DNA of 64,000 nucleotides from Myxococcota bacterium (GCA_965223705.1 OZ245015.1:3904001-3968000); one strand, 5' to 3'. Positions 35,663-45,892 are shown, counted from the first letter of the stretch. The notes: generated by a model from the sequence alone, not told the origin. Made by a program: numbers and translations.

Positions 35663-36556
35663 ATGGCTCAGGAATACGCAATTCGCCCGCGCCGTAGCGT
35701 GCTGTACATGCCGGGTGCAAACGCCCGCGCGCTCGAGAAAGCGAAGTCGCTGCCCGCCGATGCGTTGATCCTCGACCTCGAGGATTCCGTGGGTCCGGAC
35801 GCCAAAGAGGAGGCCCGAGACCGCGTCGCAGAGACCGTACGGGCTGGCGGCTACGGGCGCCGCGAGCTGATTATTCGCGTGAACGGCTTCGACACGCCCT
35901 GGGGCGAAGGCGACTTCGAGGCGGCGGTGCAAGCGGGCCCCGACGCTGTGCTCGTCCCCAAGATCGCGGGCCCACAGGACGTCGCCGCTCTCAACCGGCG
36001 CTTCCAAGATCTCGGAGCGCCGGAAGAGATCAAGCTCTGGGTCATGATGGAAACGCCGCAGGCCATTCTTTCGGCGCAGGCCATCGCCGCCGTGGCAGCC
36101 GCCCCGGGCAGCCGCCTTCAGGCCTTCGTCATGGGCACGAACGATCTCGCCAAAGAGATGAGTCTGACCCAGACCCAGGATCGGCTCCCCCTGGTGACGG
36201 CTCTCGGCATCTGCGTCCTCGCGGCTCGCGCCTACGGAGTGCTCCTCATCGACGGCGTCTACAACGACATCAAGAACGTGGAGGGGTTCCGTGGCTCAGC
36301 GCAACAGGGCGTCGAGTTCGGTTTCGACGGCAAGACTGTCATCCACCCGAGCCAAGTGGGTCCCTGCAACGAGATCTTCTCACCGCCGGCCGAAGACGTC
36401 GCAGCGGCGCGCGAGATCATCGCGGCGTTCGAAGAGCCGGAAAACCGGGGCAAAGGCGTGATCAGCCTGAACGGCCGCATGGTCGAGCTCCTGCACGCGG
36501 AGATCGCGAAACGCACCGTCGCAATCGCCGACGCGATCGCGGCCGTCGAAGCCTGA
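35663..36556 (+). CDS. CitE-family CoA-ester lyase/thioesterase (malyl-CoA lyase or thioesterase-like)
   Basis: RPRRSVLYMPGAN, DLEDSV, MGTNDL and GKTVIHP motifs; divergent from ccr. Confidence 0.85.
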   Translation: MAQEYAIRPRRSVLYMPGANARALEKAKSLPADALILDLEDSVGPDAKEEARDRVAETVRAGGYGRRELIIRVNGFDTPWGEGDFEAAVQAGPDAVLVPKIAGPQDVAALNRRFQDLGAPEEIKLWVMMETPQAILSAQAIAAVAAAPGSRLQAFVMGTNDLAKEMSLTQTQDRLPLVTALGICVLAARAYGVLLIDGVYNDIKNVEGFRGSAQQGVEFGFDGKTVIHPSQVGPCNEIFSPPAEDVAAAREIIAAFEEPENRGKGVISLNGRMVELLHAEIAKRTVAIADAIAAVEA

Positions 36557-36580
36557 ACCGCTACAGCATCAGCCCAGTGG

Positions 36581-37576
36581 CTACGACGCGGAGAGCTCGA
36601 GCATCAGCTCGATCGGGCGCAGCGCCTGTAGCCGGATTTCCTCGGGCACGGTGACCTCGGGCTCGAGGTCGCGCAGACACAGGTAGAGCTTCTCCAGGGT
36701 GTTGAGGCGCATGTACGGGCACTGGTTGCACGCGCAACTCTCGTCCATGCCCGGCGCCTGCAAGATGGTCTTTACGCGTCCGCGCTCCGCGAGTTCCTGC
36801 TTAATCTGGTGGAAGACACCGTCTTCCGTCGCGATGATGACCGTGTCTTCCGCGCACTCGATCGCTTCGCGGATGATCCCCGTCGTCGAAGCGATGAAGT
36901 CCGCCTGAGCGAGAACCGCGTCGTCGCACTCCGGATGCGCCAGTACACGGGCCTTGGGGTGCTCGACCTTGAGCTGCGCCAGGCGCTTCGCGCTGAACTG
37001 CTCGTGGACGATGCAGGAGCCCGGCCAGAGAATCATGTCCTCGCGACCCGACTCCTTGGCCACCCAGCGGCCGAGGTGACGGTCCGGGCCGAAAATGAGC
37101 GGCGCGTCGCCAAAGTGCTTCACCATCTTGACGGCGTTCGACGAGGTGCAGATCAAGTCGGACAGCGCTTTCACTTCCGCCGTGGTGTTGATGTAGGAAA
37201 TGACTTTCGCGCCGGGGTGCGCCGCGATGAACTCCTTGAACTTGTCCGGAGGACAGCCGTCGGCCAACGAACAACCGGCGTCGAGGTCGGGGACCACGAC
37301 CTTCCGATCGGGATTCAGGATCTTCGCCGTCTCCGCCATGAAGTGGACGCCGCAAAACGCGATGACTTCGCGGTCGACCTTCGCCGCGGCCTGAGCCAGC
37401 GCGAGGGAATCTCCGACGAAATCCGCGAGATCCTGGACTTCCGATTCCTGGTAGTAATGCGCGAGAAGCACCGCGTTGCGCTGCTCTTTCAGCTCGAGGA
37501 TCGCGCCCTCGAGATCGTCGGGGAACGACTCTCGGGCGGTTTTCTCGGGCGCTAGCAAGGTGGGGGGTCGACTCAC
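36581..37576 (-). CDS. nadA: Quinolinate synthase
   Basis: [34 protein letters not shown] and CPYM motifs. Confidence 0.95.
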   Translation of the reverse strand: MSRPPTLLAPEKTARESFPDDLEGAILELKEQRNAVLLAHYYQESEVQDLADFVGDSLALAQAAAKVDREVIAFCGVHFMAETAKILNPDRKVVVPDLDAGCSLADGCPPDKFKEFIAAHPGAKVISYINTTAEVKALSDLICTSSNAVKMVKHFGDAPLIFGPDRHLGRWVAKESGREDMILWPGSCIVHEQFSAKRLAQLKVEHPKARVLAHPECDDAVLAQADFIASTTGIIREAIECAEDTVIIATEDGVFHQIKQELAERGRVKTILQAPGMDESCACNQCPYMRLNTLEKLYLCLRDLEPEVTVPEEIRLQALRPIELMLELSAS

Positions 37577-37603
37577 AGAAGCCTCCGCTTTCGGTCCATT
37601 TCT

Positions 37604-38389
37604 TTAGACGTTACGGGGAGATCCCGTATTCGCCAACGCGCGGCCGAGGACCAATGTGGGGACCCCAGAGGGAGGATCCGCCAGTTCGAAGACCGAGGTC
37701 CCTTCCTTCCGACCGCGGCGCGGCGGCTGCGCTGAGAAGCCCGCCTTCTCGATGCGTCGGTGAGCGTCCTCGACGGATCCCACGCGGAAGGCCAAACCAT
37801 AGAGCCCGTCGACGGCGCGCCGGTCGGTCCCGTCGAGCGCGGCCGTCACTTCGACGGTGACGCCTGCGGTCCGAAAGAACAGCATGCGCGCATTCCACGC
37901 CGGGAACGAGCGGTCGAGCGGGAGCCTGAGCCCGAGCTGCGCCCCGTAGAGCTCTTTGGCCGCGTCGGGATCGGACGTTCTCACGACGACGTGGTCGAGG
38001 TATTTGACCGCCGAAGGTTCGGTCGTCGGTGCCGCGTCGGTGGCTTTTGCCTCACACAGTGAAATGAAGTTTCCGCGCGGGCCGGCACACACTCGGTCGC
38101 CTTCGAATACGAGTCCGCGCCGCTCGAGCGTCTCCCGCGCGCGCGGGACGTCGTCGCACCCGAACACCAGACCGCGCAGGCCGTGTTCGGAAGCGGCTCG
38201 GCCCGGCACGAAGTCGATGCCCGAACGTTCGAAGCGGAACGAGATCGCAGCTTCGGTCTCCCGGAGCGGCGCGAGCCCGAGAAAGGCGGACCAGCGCCGG
38301 CCGGCGGCAGGAAGGTCGGGCACACCGACCACGACGTGATCGAGCGCTCGAAGGGGACCTCGCTCGTCGGGATGGATTACAGGTCCCAA
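37604..38389 (-). CDS. Two-domain VOC/glyoxalase-family protein; start approximate
   Basis: Duplicated LDHVVV modules. Confidence 0.75.
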   Translation of the reverse strand: MGPVIHPDERGPLRALDHVVVGVPDLPAAGRRWSAFLGLAPLRETEAAISFRFERSGIDFVPGRAASEHGLRGLVFGCDDVPRARETLERRGLVFEGDRVCAGPRGNFISLCEAKATDAAPTTEPSAVKYLDHVVVRTSDPDAAKELYGAQLGLRLPLDRSFPAWNARMLFFRTAGVTVEVTAALDGTDRRAVDGLYGLAFRVGSVEDAHRRIEKAGFSAQPPRRGRKEGTSVFELADPPSGVPTLVLGRALANTGSPRNV

Positions 38390-39423
38390 AAGAAATCCTC
38401 GTTCGTGAGTTCCGGTTCTTCCTCGACCGGCTCGGCTTCGTCGCGGTCGCCCTCCTCGACCGCTTTCTCTTTGCGCACGATGGCGAGCTGGTCCTCGAGA
38501 TCCGTGGTCTCACGTTGCCAGTAGGATTCGGTGCCGAAATGCGGGAAGGCATCGGGGAACGCGGGATCTTCGAAGCGGCGGGCGATCCACGCGGCGTACC
38601 ACACGTAACGCATGGCGCGAAGCGGCTCGACCAATGCGATCCAGCGGTCGTCGAACTCCCGAAACTGCCGATAGGCCTCGATCAGAAGCGCGCGTTGGCG
38701 CCTGCCTTCGGCATCGCGGCCGGGCAGCATCATCCAGACGTCCTGCACGGCCGGACCGACGGCAAAATCGTCGAAGTCGAGGAAGAACCAGCCCTCCTGA
38801 CCGCGCAGCAAGTTCCCGAAATGGCAATCGCCGTGGATTCGATGCAGGGGCGTGTCACGTACGATCTCGTCGTAGTGATCGGCGATGGCGAGGGCCGCCT
38901 CGCTGTAACGCCGCGCGCACGAGGGCGGCAGGCATTCGTGGGTCTCCAAGAAAGCGAGGGGTACGCGTACGCGGGACGCCGCGTCGAGGTGGGGCCGCGC
39001 TTCGCTCCCCCGGGTCGCACCGACGTTGTGGAGCCTGGCGAGCAGCCGCCCCAACACCTCGATGTCGGTGTCCGCGAGCTCGTCCGGAGACCGACCGCCG
39101 GTCCGTGGCCAAACCGCGAAATGGAGCCCCTCGTGGGTCGACAACGTCTCCCCCCCTGCGGCGATCGCGATCGGCGCGCACACGGGGACTTCAGCGGCCA
39201 CGAGGTCGCGCAAGAAACCGTGCTCCTCTTCGAGCGCACGGCGCGACCAGCGGCCCGGGCGGTAGAACTTCATCACCACGTGGCGCTCGTCTTCGAGGCG
39301 AACGTCGTAGACCCGGTTTTCGAGGCAGGTGAGTGGCGTACAGTGTCCAGTCGGCCGCAGTCCGGCCCCTTCGGCTGCCTGGAGAACGACCTCGGGCGTC
39401 AACTGAAAGAAGAACTCCGTCAC
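38377..39423 (-). CDS. srkA: Ser/Thr protein kinase SrkA/RdoA (YihE family)
   Basis: LENRVY, KFYRPGRWS, IHGDCHFGN, DFDD, GPAVQD and DPAFP motifs. Confidence 0.9.
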   Translation of the reverse strand: MTEFFFQLTPEVVLQAAEGAGLRPTGHCTPLTCLENRVYDVRLEDERHVVMKFYRPGRWSRRALEEEHGFLRDLVAAEVPVCAPIAIAAGGETLSTHEGLHFAVWPRTGGRSPDELADTDIEVLGRLLARLHNVGATRGSEARPHLDAASRVRVPLAFLETHECLPPSCARRYSEAALAIADHYDEIVRDTPLHRIHGDCHFGNLLRGQEGWFFLDFDDFAVGPAVQDVWMMLPGRDAEGRRQRALLIEAYRQFREFDDRWIALVEPLRAMRYVWYAAWIARRFEDPAFPDAFPHFGTESYWQRETTDLEDQLAIVRKEKAVEEGDRDEAEPVEEEPELTNEDFFWDL

Positions 39424-39506
39424 GCCGATGACGGTAGCGGGTGCCGCGGGAAATCGGCCGGGATCGACGTGATTCGGTAGTTTTTCCGAGCACTTGAGGA
39501 GACTTC

Positions 39507-41501
39507 ATGGCAACCGCCCCCAATTCCCCGAACTCCGCGAACCGCGACCGTCCGTGGTTGTTCCGAACGTATTCCGGACACTCTTCCGCTCGCGCCTCGA
39601 ACGAGCTCTACCGGAGCAACTTGGCGAAGGGCCAAACCGGGCTCTCCGTTGCGTTCGACCTGCCGACCCAGACCGGCTACGACGCCGATCACCCCCTGGC
39701 CCGCGGCGAGGTCGGCAAAGTCGGCGTCCCGATCAGCCATATCGAGGACATGGAAGTCCTGTTCGACGGAATTCCCCTCGATCGCATGAACACCTCGATG
39801 ACGATCAATGCCACGGCGGCCTGGCTGCTGGCGCTCTACACCGCCGCGGCCGAGCGCCAGGGCGTCGCTCCGAAAGAGCTCTCGGGGACGACCCAGAACG
39901 ACATCATGAAGGAGTACCTGTCGCGGGGGACGTACGTCTTTCCGCCGGAGCCGTCCCTGCGACTGATCAGCGACATGGTCGCGTACACGGTCGAATCGAT
40001 TCCGAAGTGGAACCCGATCAACGTGTGCTCCTACCACCTCCAGGAAGCGGGCGCGACGCCCGTTCAAGAGATCGCCTACGCGTTTGCGAACGCGGTCGCG
40101 GTGCTCGACGCGGTGCGCGCTCGCGCCGACATCTCCGAAGAAGTGTTGCCCCGCGTCTTCTCGCGCATTTCCTTCTTTCTGAACGCGGGCATTCGATTCG
40201 TCGACGAGGTGTGCAAGGTCCGCGCGATGACTGCCCTTTGGGAAGAGCTCGGACGCGACCGCTACGGCGTCACCGACGAAAAGAGTCTGCGCTTTCGCTA
40301 CGGCGTTCAGGTGAACAGCCTTGGGTTGACCGAAGCACAGCCCGAAAACAACGTGATCCGAATCGTGCTGGAAGCGCTCGGTGTCACGCTTTCGAAAGAC
40401 GCGCGTTGTCGTGCGCTGCAGCTGCCGGCGTGGAACGAGGCGTTGGGGTTGCCGCGCCCGTGGGATCAGCAGTGGTCGTTGCGAATCCAGCAAGTGCTGG
40501 CCTACGAGACGGATCTCCTCGAGCACGAAGATATTTTCGAGGGCTCGAAGGTCATCGAGTCCCGAACCCGCGATCTGGTGGACGCCGCGCGCGAGGAGCT
40601 CGAACGCGTCGTCGAGCTCGGCGGCGCTGTCGCGGCCATCGAGAACGCCTACATGAAGCGGAACCTCGTCGAGTCCCATACGGCGCGGGTCCGGAGTATC
40701 GAAGCCGGCGAGATCACCGTCATCGGCGTCAACGCGTTCGAGGCGGGGGAGCCCTCTCCGCTGGTCTCCGGCGATCGCAGCATTCTCACGGTGGACGAGT
40801 CCGCTGAACGCGAACAGATCGAGCGGCTCTTGGCCTTCCGGTCGAAGCGCAATGACGAAGACGTGCGCGACAGCCTGCGCGCTCTCGAAGACGGCCTGCG
40901 TTCGGGCGAAAACGTCATGCCGCTCTCGCTGCGGTGCGCGCACGCGGGCGTGACGACGGGAGAGTGGTCCGACACCCTGCGCGCACTCTTTGGCGAGTAC
41001 CGCGCACCGACCGGCGTCTCGGCCCGCACGCCGGAAATCGAAGGCGAAGCCATCGGCAAAGTCCGCGAGCGCGTTGCGAAGCTCGGCGAAGAGCTCGGCC
41101 GTCCGCTCAAGATCCTCGTCGGCAAACCCGGGCTCGACGGACACAGCAATGGCGCCGAGCAGATCGCCGTGCGCGCCCGCGACGTGGGCATGGAAGTGGT
41201 CTACGAAGGCATCCGCTTGACGCCGGACGAGATCGTCGGCTCCGCGCGCGACGAAGGCGTACACATCATCGGACTCTCGATCCTGTCGGGATCTCACGGT
41301 GTGCTCGTTCTCGACGTGCTGGACGGACTGAAGCGCCACGGTCTGCCACTGCCCGTGGTCGTCGGCGGCATCATCCCCGAAGACGACGCCGAAGCGTTGC
41401 GCGAGGCCGGTGTGGAGCGTGTCTACACACCGAAAGATTTCGACCTGAATCGCATCATGGATGAGATCGTCGACGTCGTGGCCGAGTCCGTCGGTGACTG
41501 A
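39507..41501 (+). CDS. ecm: B12-dependent ethylmalonyl-CoA mutase (MeaA/Ecm)
   Basis: RTYSGHSS, GLSVAFDLPTQTGYD, NSLGLTEAQPENN, LPAWNEALGLPRPWDQQWS and B12 motif GLDGHSNG. Confidence 0.92.
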   Translation: MATAPNSPNSANRDRPWLFRTYSGHSSARASNELYRSNLAKGQTGLSVAFDLPTQTGYDADHPLARGEVGKVGVPISHIEDMEVLFDGIPLDRMNTSMTINATAAWLLALYTAAAERQGVAPKELSGTTQNDIMKEYLSRGTYVFPPEPSLRLISDMVAYTVESIPKWNPINVCSYHLQEAGATPVQEIAYAFANAVAVLDAVRARADISEEVLPRVFSRISFFLNAGIRFVDEVCKVRAMTALWEELGRDRYGVTDEKSLRFRYGVQVNSLGLTEAQPENNVIRIVLEALGVTLSKDARCRALQLPAWNEALGLPRPWDQQWSLRIQQVLAYETDLLEHEDIFEGSKVIESRTRDLVDAAREELERVVELGGAVAAIENAYMKRNLVESHTARVRSIEAGEITVIGVNAFEAGEPSPLVSGDRSILTVDESAEREQIERLLAFRSKRNDEDVRDSLRALEDGLRSGENVMPLSLRCAHAGVTTGEWSDTLRALFGEYRAPTGVSARTPEIEGEAIGKVRERVAKLGEELGRPLKILVGKPGLDGHSNGAEQIAVRARDVGMEVVYEGIRLTPDEIVGSARDEGVHIIGLSILSGSHGVLVLDVLDGLKRHGLPLPVVVGGIIPEDDAEALREAGVERVYTPKDFDLNRIMDEIVDVVAESVGD

Positions 41502-42483
41502 GCTCGCGCGGGCCGTGCTTCGAGGCGATCGCGCAGCGGTCGCGGAAGCGCTCAACTTGGTCGACGACCAGCGCGAACCCCGCCAACGAGAAGCGCGCGC
41601 GCTACTGCGCGCGCTGGGAGCGGCAGGGCGCCCCCCGAGCCCACGCGTCGGCCTCACCGGGCCGCCCGGAGCCGGGAAATCGACGCTTCTCGACGCCCTC
41701 GTTCGAGCCTTGCGCAGTTGCGGGGACCGCGTCGGTGTTGTCGCGGTCGATCCGTCGAGCCAACGCAGCGGCGGTGCGCTGCTCGGCGACCGCATCCGCG
41801 TGCGATCCGGAGTCCGCGACGACGGCGTGTTTTTCCGTTCGATGGCCGCCCGGGACCGTTTGGGTGGACTGGCGGCCGCAACCCGAGCGAGCGTCGACAT
41901 TCTCGAAGCGGCCTACGACTGGGTGCTCATCGAAACCGTCGGCGTGGGTCAGTCCGAAAGTGACATCGTCCATCTGTCCGACACCTTGGTCTACGTCGCG
42001 CAGCCCGGGGCCGGGGACCTTCTCCAGTACATGAAAGCCGGGATCGTCGAGTTGCCCGACCTCTTCGTCGTCAACAAATCCGATCTGGGTAAGGAAGCGA
42101 CACAAACCGCCAGCGAGCTGCGCTCGGGCGTCGCGTTGGCTCCGCGCGAAACTTCGGGTTGGGAGCCGCCGGTGCTTCTGACGTCGGCGCGGGACGGCGT
42201 CGGGATCGACGCGCTGTGCGCAGCCTTGGCCAACCACCGCGCGGCACTCGGGGCCGAAGCACTCGCCGCGCGACGACAGCGCGGTCGTGATCACTTTCTT
42301 CGCGGTGCGCTCCTCGACCGCTACGGAACCTTCGGGCTCGCAGCCTTTGGCGGCAGCGGCGAACTCGAAGCGCGCCTCAAGGCGATGTCCGACGTGCCGC
42401 TTTACGAAGTGCTCGATCAGATCGGCGAGCAGTTCGAGCGCGCCCTCGCGAGGACTGCGAAACAGGCTCGACCCACACCGTGA
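41494..42483 (+). CDS. meaB: Mutase-associated GTPase chaperone MeaB
   Basis: TGPPGAGKST, VDPSS..SGGALLGDRIR, ETVGVGQSE and NKSD motifs. Confidence 0.92.
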   Translation: MTELARAVLRGDRAAVAEALNLVDDQREPRQREARALLRALGAAGRPPSPRVGLTGPPGAGKSTLLDALVRALRSCGDRVGVVAVDPSSQRSGGALLGDRIRVRSGVRDDGVFFRSMAARDRLGGLAAATRASVDILEAAYDWVLIETVGVGQSESDIVHLSDTLVYVAQPGAGDLLQYMKAGIVELPDLFVVNKSDLGKEATQTASELRSGVALAPRETSGWEPPVLLTSARDGVGIDALCAALANHRAALGAEALAARRQRGRDHFLRGALLDRYGTFGLAAFGGSGELEARLKAMSDVPLYEVLDQIGEQFERALARTAKQARPTP

Positions 42484-42515
42484 CGAAGCCAGGCGACTCC
42501 GGTATGCCTATCGCC

Positions 42516-42749
42516 ATGAAATGGCTTCGTTGGCTCGGAATCTACCTACTGGTCTCGACGCTGTTCGGACTGATCGTCGGCGGTTGGCTGCGGCGGAAAC
42601 TCGAGACGCCGGAGACGTATATCGGCGCGCTCGGCCATGACGCTTCAGGCCGACTCGCGTTTGCGCCCGACCCACGGCGTATCGGCGACGCCGGCGCGCG
42701 CGTTTTCGAGCCTTGCGAGCACGAACAACAAATCCGACAACCGGTTTAG
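42516..42749 (+). CDS. Small single-TM hypothetical protein
   Basis: MKWLRWLGIYLLVSTLFGLIVGGWLRRK; fills the gap after meaB, and its 3' end overlaps pduO. Confidence 0.4.
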   Translation: MKWLRWLGIYLLVSTLFGLIVGGWLRRKLETPETYIGALGHDASGRLAFAPDPRRIGDAGARVFEPCEHEQQIRQPV

Positions 42750-43211
42750 GTAACCGATTGCAGGTGCGTCGAGCGCCTCCTCGCGGGACAACGCGACGCA
42801 TCTCCGTTCCGCGCGGCGACACACCGTGCGCCCGAGGTGAAGCGCCGCGCTGGCCCGGGTTCCACCCGGCAGCACGAAGGCGCGGAGCGGCTCGAGCTCT
42901 TCTTCAAAGGCGTCCATCCGGGCTTCCAGCGCCTCGATCTGCGCATCGTCCGGTTCGGGAACGCCGCTCTTTTCGCGACGCGCGGCTTCGGGGGTGGCGA
43001 GATACGCACCGAGGTCGAAGAGCGCGCTCTGAATCTCCTCGAGCAATGCGCGCACGTCGCCTTGTTCGCTCGCGGTGATCGCCAAACCGAGCGTCGCGTT
43101 GAGCTCATCCACCGAGCCGTACGCCTCGACGCGCAGGTCGTCCTTTCGGACACGCGGACCGCCGAACAAGTCGGTCTCACCGCGATCGCCACGCCGCGTG
43201 TAGATCTTCAT
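42645..43211 (-). CDS. pduO: PduO-type ATP:cob(I)alamin adenosyltransferase
   Basis: MKIYTRRGDRGET, AYGSVDELN, FVLPGG, RTVCRRAER and YLNRLSDLLF motifs. Confidence 0.93.
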   Translation of the reverse strand: MKIYTRRGDRGETDLFGGPRVRKDDLRVEAYGSVDELNATLGLAITASEQGDVRALLEEIQSALFDLGAYLATPEAARREKSGVPEPDDAQIEALEARMDAFEEELEPLRAFVLPGGTRASAALHLGRTVCRRAERRCVALSREEALDAPAIGYLNRLSDLLFVLARLENARAGVADTPWVGRKRESA

Positions 43212-43648
43212 GCGCGCAGTTCTTCGTCGAGTTCTCGCGCGAGCTCGGGATCTTCCGGCGGGAGCGCGCTGTCGTCACTGGCGCGGCGACGCGTCAGAAG
43301 CGTGACGAGAACGATCCCGCCGACGAGGAATGCAGCCGCCGGGACGGCGTAGGCGACAATGCCGACGCCTTCGGCGCGGGGCGCTTGTCGAAGCTGATCG
43401 CCGAAGCGTGCATAAAGGGCTTCCTCGACTTCGGCCCTCGAAACGCCGGCTTCCTCTTGTTCAATGATCCACCGGCGCATGGCGTCGGCATTCCCGCTCG
43501 GGCATTCGGACAGCGCCCGGCCGGGGCAGTACGGGCTCATCAGCTCGTCGGACAGTTCGTACGCCCACTTCGCTTCGCTCTCGGCGAACACCGCGCCGGC
43601 CGACAAGCACACCAGCCAGAACGCGCTCACCCGAATTAGATGTCCCAC
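43208..43648 (-). CDS. CcmH/NrfF-like cytochrome c biogenesis protein; start approximate
   Basis: Signal-like segment, LMSPYCPGRALSEC, ARFGD...AP and a C-terminal TM. Confidence 0.7.
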   Translation of the reverse strand: MGHLIRVSAFWLVCLSAGAVFAESEAKWAYELSDELMSPYCPGRALSECPSGNADAMRRWIIEQEEAGVSRAEVEEALYARFGDQLRQAPRAEGVGIVAYAVPAAAFLVGGIVLVTLLTRRRASDDSALPPEDPELARELDEELRA

Positions 43649-44514
43649 GTGAGGGCCTCGCCGGTTTGCTCCCTACGCGCCACGCGAACCTGCTGGCGCG
43701 GCGCCTCGGGGACAACGCGTGAATCTTCGGGGACGCTTTCGGTCACGAACGCGTTGCCGTTCACGACGCTCCCCGAACCGATCCGCGTCTCGCCGCCGAG
43801 AATCGTCGCGCCGGGATAGATCGTGACGTCGTCCCCGATGGTCGGGTGGCGCTTCACCCCGCGGATGGTCTGTCCGCGCCGCGGCGAAAACGCGCCGAGC
43901 GTGACGCCGTGGTAGATACGGACACGGTCGCCGATTTCGCTCGTCTCGCCGATCACCACGCCCGTCCCGTGGTCGATAAAGAAACGCCGGCCGATCTTCG
44001 CGCCGGGGTGAATGTCGATACCCGTTCGGGAATGCGCGTGTTCCGCCATGATGCGGGGCAATTGCGGCACGCCGCAGTTGTAGAGCACGTGAGCGAGCCG
44101 GTAGATGGCCAAACTGAAGATCGACGGATAGGCGACGACGATCTCGCCGAAACTCTTCGCCGCGGGGTCGCCTTCGAACGCCGCTTCAACGTCCTCGGCA
44201 AGCATCGTGCGAATCTCGGGCAGCTTCGCTTGCAGCGTTTCCCACACGGCCTCGGCGTCGATCGCTCCGGACAGTCCGACCTGACTCATCACCGACAAAA
44301 ACCGGCCGCGCAGCGCATCGAGTGTGGAGCGCAGGGTCGCGCGATCGCGTTCGTGGAGGACGACGTCTTTGAGGCGCTCCGTCCACTCGACGGCCTCCTC
44401 CCAGTTGGGATAACCCTCGCCATCGGCCTTCGACAGCGCGTCTTCGCCACTCTCGGAGAGGGCGGAGAGCGTTCGCTCGAGATCGCCGATTGTTTCGTCT
44501 GCTCGAATCGCCAT
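43636..44514 (-). CDS. cysE: Serine O-acetyltransferase
   Basis: GDPAA, TGIDIHPGA, FIDHGTGVVIGET and KRHPTI hexapeptide motifs. Confidence 0.9.
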   Translation of the reverse strand: MAIRADETIGDLERTLSALSESGEDALSKADGEGYPNWEEAVEWTERLKDVVLHERDRATLRSTLDALRGRFLSVMSQVGLSGAIDAEAVWETLQAKLPEIRTMLAEDVEAAFEGDPAAKSFGEIVVAYPSIFSLAIYRLAHVLYNCGVPQLPRIMAEHAHSRTGIDIHPGAKIGRRFFIDHGTGVVIGETSEIGDRVRIYHGVTLGAFSPRRGQTIRGVKRHPTIGDDVTIYPGATILGGETRIGSGSVVNGNAFVTESVPEDSRVVPEAPRQQVRVARREQTGEALTWDI

Positions 44515-44613
44515 GCGGCCCCCGGGTAGAACGGGATTTTAGCGGTCTTGGTCTTCGCTGCCTTCTGGCCGGAAGTCACGTGCCGGCCGAGCGTCTGCGG
44601 CTATCTTCCGAAC

Positions 44614-45477
44614 GTGCAGGACGTTTTCAGCCACTCGAGCCTCAGCGCCTTCGAGAACTGCCCCAAGAAATACGCGTATCGATACATCGACAAGATTCCG
44701 GCTGAAACTGAGTCCATCGAGGGTTTCGTCGGCAAGCGCGTGCACGAAATCCTGGAGCGCCTGTACCAGTTCGCCGACACCGGCAAGTTGCCCGCGCTCG
44801 CCCGCGTGCTCGAGCGCTACCACGCCAACTGGGACGCGGCCTACGACGGCGATCGCGTTCGCATCGTCCGAGAAGGCACCCCGCTGTCGCACTACCGGAC
44901 GCTCGGCGAGCGGTGCCTCGAGAGCTACTACCGGCGCCACTATCCGTTCGACGCCGAAACCACCCTAGGCCTCGAACGTCCGGTCCGCGCCAGTCTCGAC
45001 GCCGAAGGCGAGTACCGCGTGCGGGGCTTCATCGATCGGCTGGTACGCGCGCCGGATGGCGCGCTCGAGATCCACGACTACAAGACGAGCGCTCGGATGC
45101 CACCGCGCCGCGTGCTCGAGCGCGATCGTCAGCTGTCGCTCTACGAAATCGCGATTCGAAAAGAATGGCAGCACAGCGGTGAAGTACGCCTGGTGTGGTT
45201 CTATCTCACACCGAATCGTCGCTACATCGCTCGGCGTTCTCCCGAAGAGCTCGAGCGCGTACGGCGCGAAGCGATGGAGCTCATCGATCGGATACGCACG
45301 GAAACCGAGTGGGCTCCCAAGGAGAGCCCCCTCTGCCGCTGGTGCGAGTACCGAGATCGATGCCCGCTCTGGAACGACGCCGGGGAACCCGCGCCGGCGC
45401 CTCCCGCTCGGGCCGGCGTGCCGCGGTCGCCAGCGGTGGAACCACCGACCGGCGAATCACAGCTCTCCCTGCTCTAA
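44614..45477 (+). CDS. PD-(D/E)xK RecB/AddB-like nuclease with putative Fe-S staple
   Basis: SHSSL...CP, GKRVHEILE, GFIDR, DYKT, QLSLY and CRWC..RDRCP motifs. Confidence 0.85.
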   Translation: MQDVFSHSSLSAFENCPKKYAYRYIDKIPAETESIEGFVGKRVHEILERLYQFADTGKLPALARVLERYHANWDAAYDGDRVRIVREGTPLSHYRTLGERCLESYYRRHYPFDAETTLGLERPVRASLDAEGEYRVRGFIDRLVRAPDGALEIHDYKTSARMPPRRVLERDRQLSLYEIAIRKEWQHSGEVRLVWFYLTPNRRYIARRSPEELERVRREAMELIDRIRTETEWAPKESPLCRWCEYRDRCPLWNDAGEPAPAPPARAGVPRSPAVEPPTGESQLSLL

Positions 45478-45481
45478 CGCC

Positions 45482-45886
45482 ATGGCTGAGACCACGTTCC
45501 GACATCGCGTCGCCTTCTACGAAACCGATGCCATGGGTATCGTCCACCACTCAAACCACATCCGGTTTTTCGAGCTCGCGCGGGTTGCGTGGATGCAAGA
45601 GCATCACCGTCCCTATACCGAGTACATGGCGGAAGGGCTCAACTTCGCGACCACTTCGGCGGAAGCGGAGTATCTCCTCCCCCTGCCCTTCGACGCGGAA
45701 ATCGACATCACGGCTCGCCTCGAGTGGGCGCGAGGCGCGTCGATTCGTATCGCCTACACGATTCATCACGCGGGCGCGCTCGTCGCGACCGGTGCGACCG
45801 AGCACGCGATGGTCGATGGCAACGGCCGACCTCGGCGGATCCCGAAAACGCAGCGCGATGAGCTGCAGGCGCTCGCCAGAAGCTGA
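45482..45886 (+). CDS. YbgC/4HBT-family acyl-CoA thioesterase
   Basis: RVAFYETDAMGIVHHSNH..FFE motif. Confidence 0.85.
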   Translation: MAETTFRHRVAFYETDAMGIVHHSNHIRFFELARVAWMQEHHRPYTEYMAEGLNFATTSAEAEYLLPLPFDAEIDITARLEWARGASIRIAYTIHHAGALVATGATEHAMVDGNGRPRRIPKTQRDELQALARS

Positions 45887-45892
45887 ATTCGG

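Noticed and set aside
39420..41900. 826-aa minus-strand ORF
   Set aside because: Antisense shadow of ecm/meaB caused by GC-rich codon bias; no recognisable motifs.
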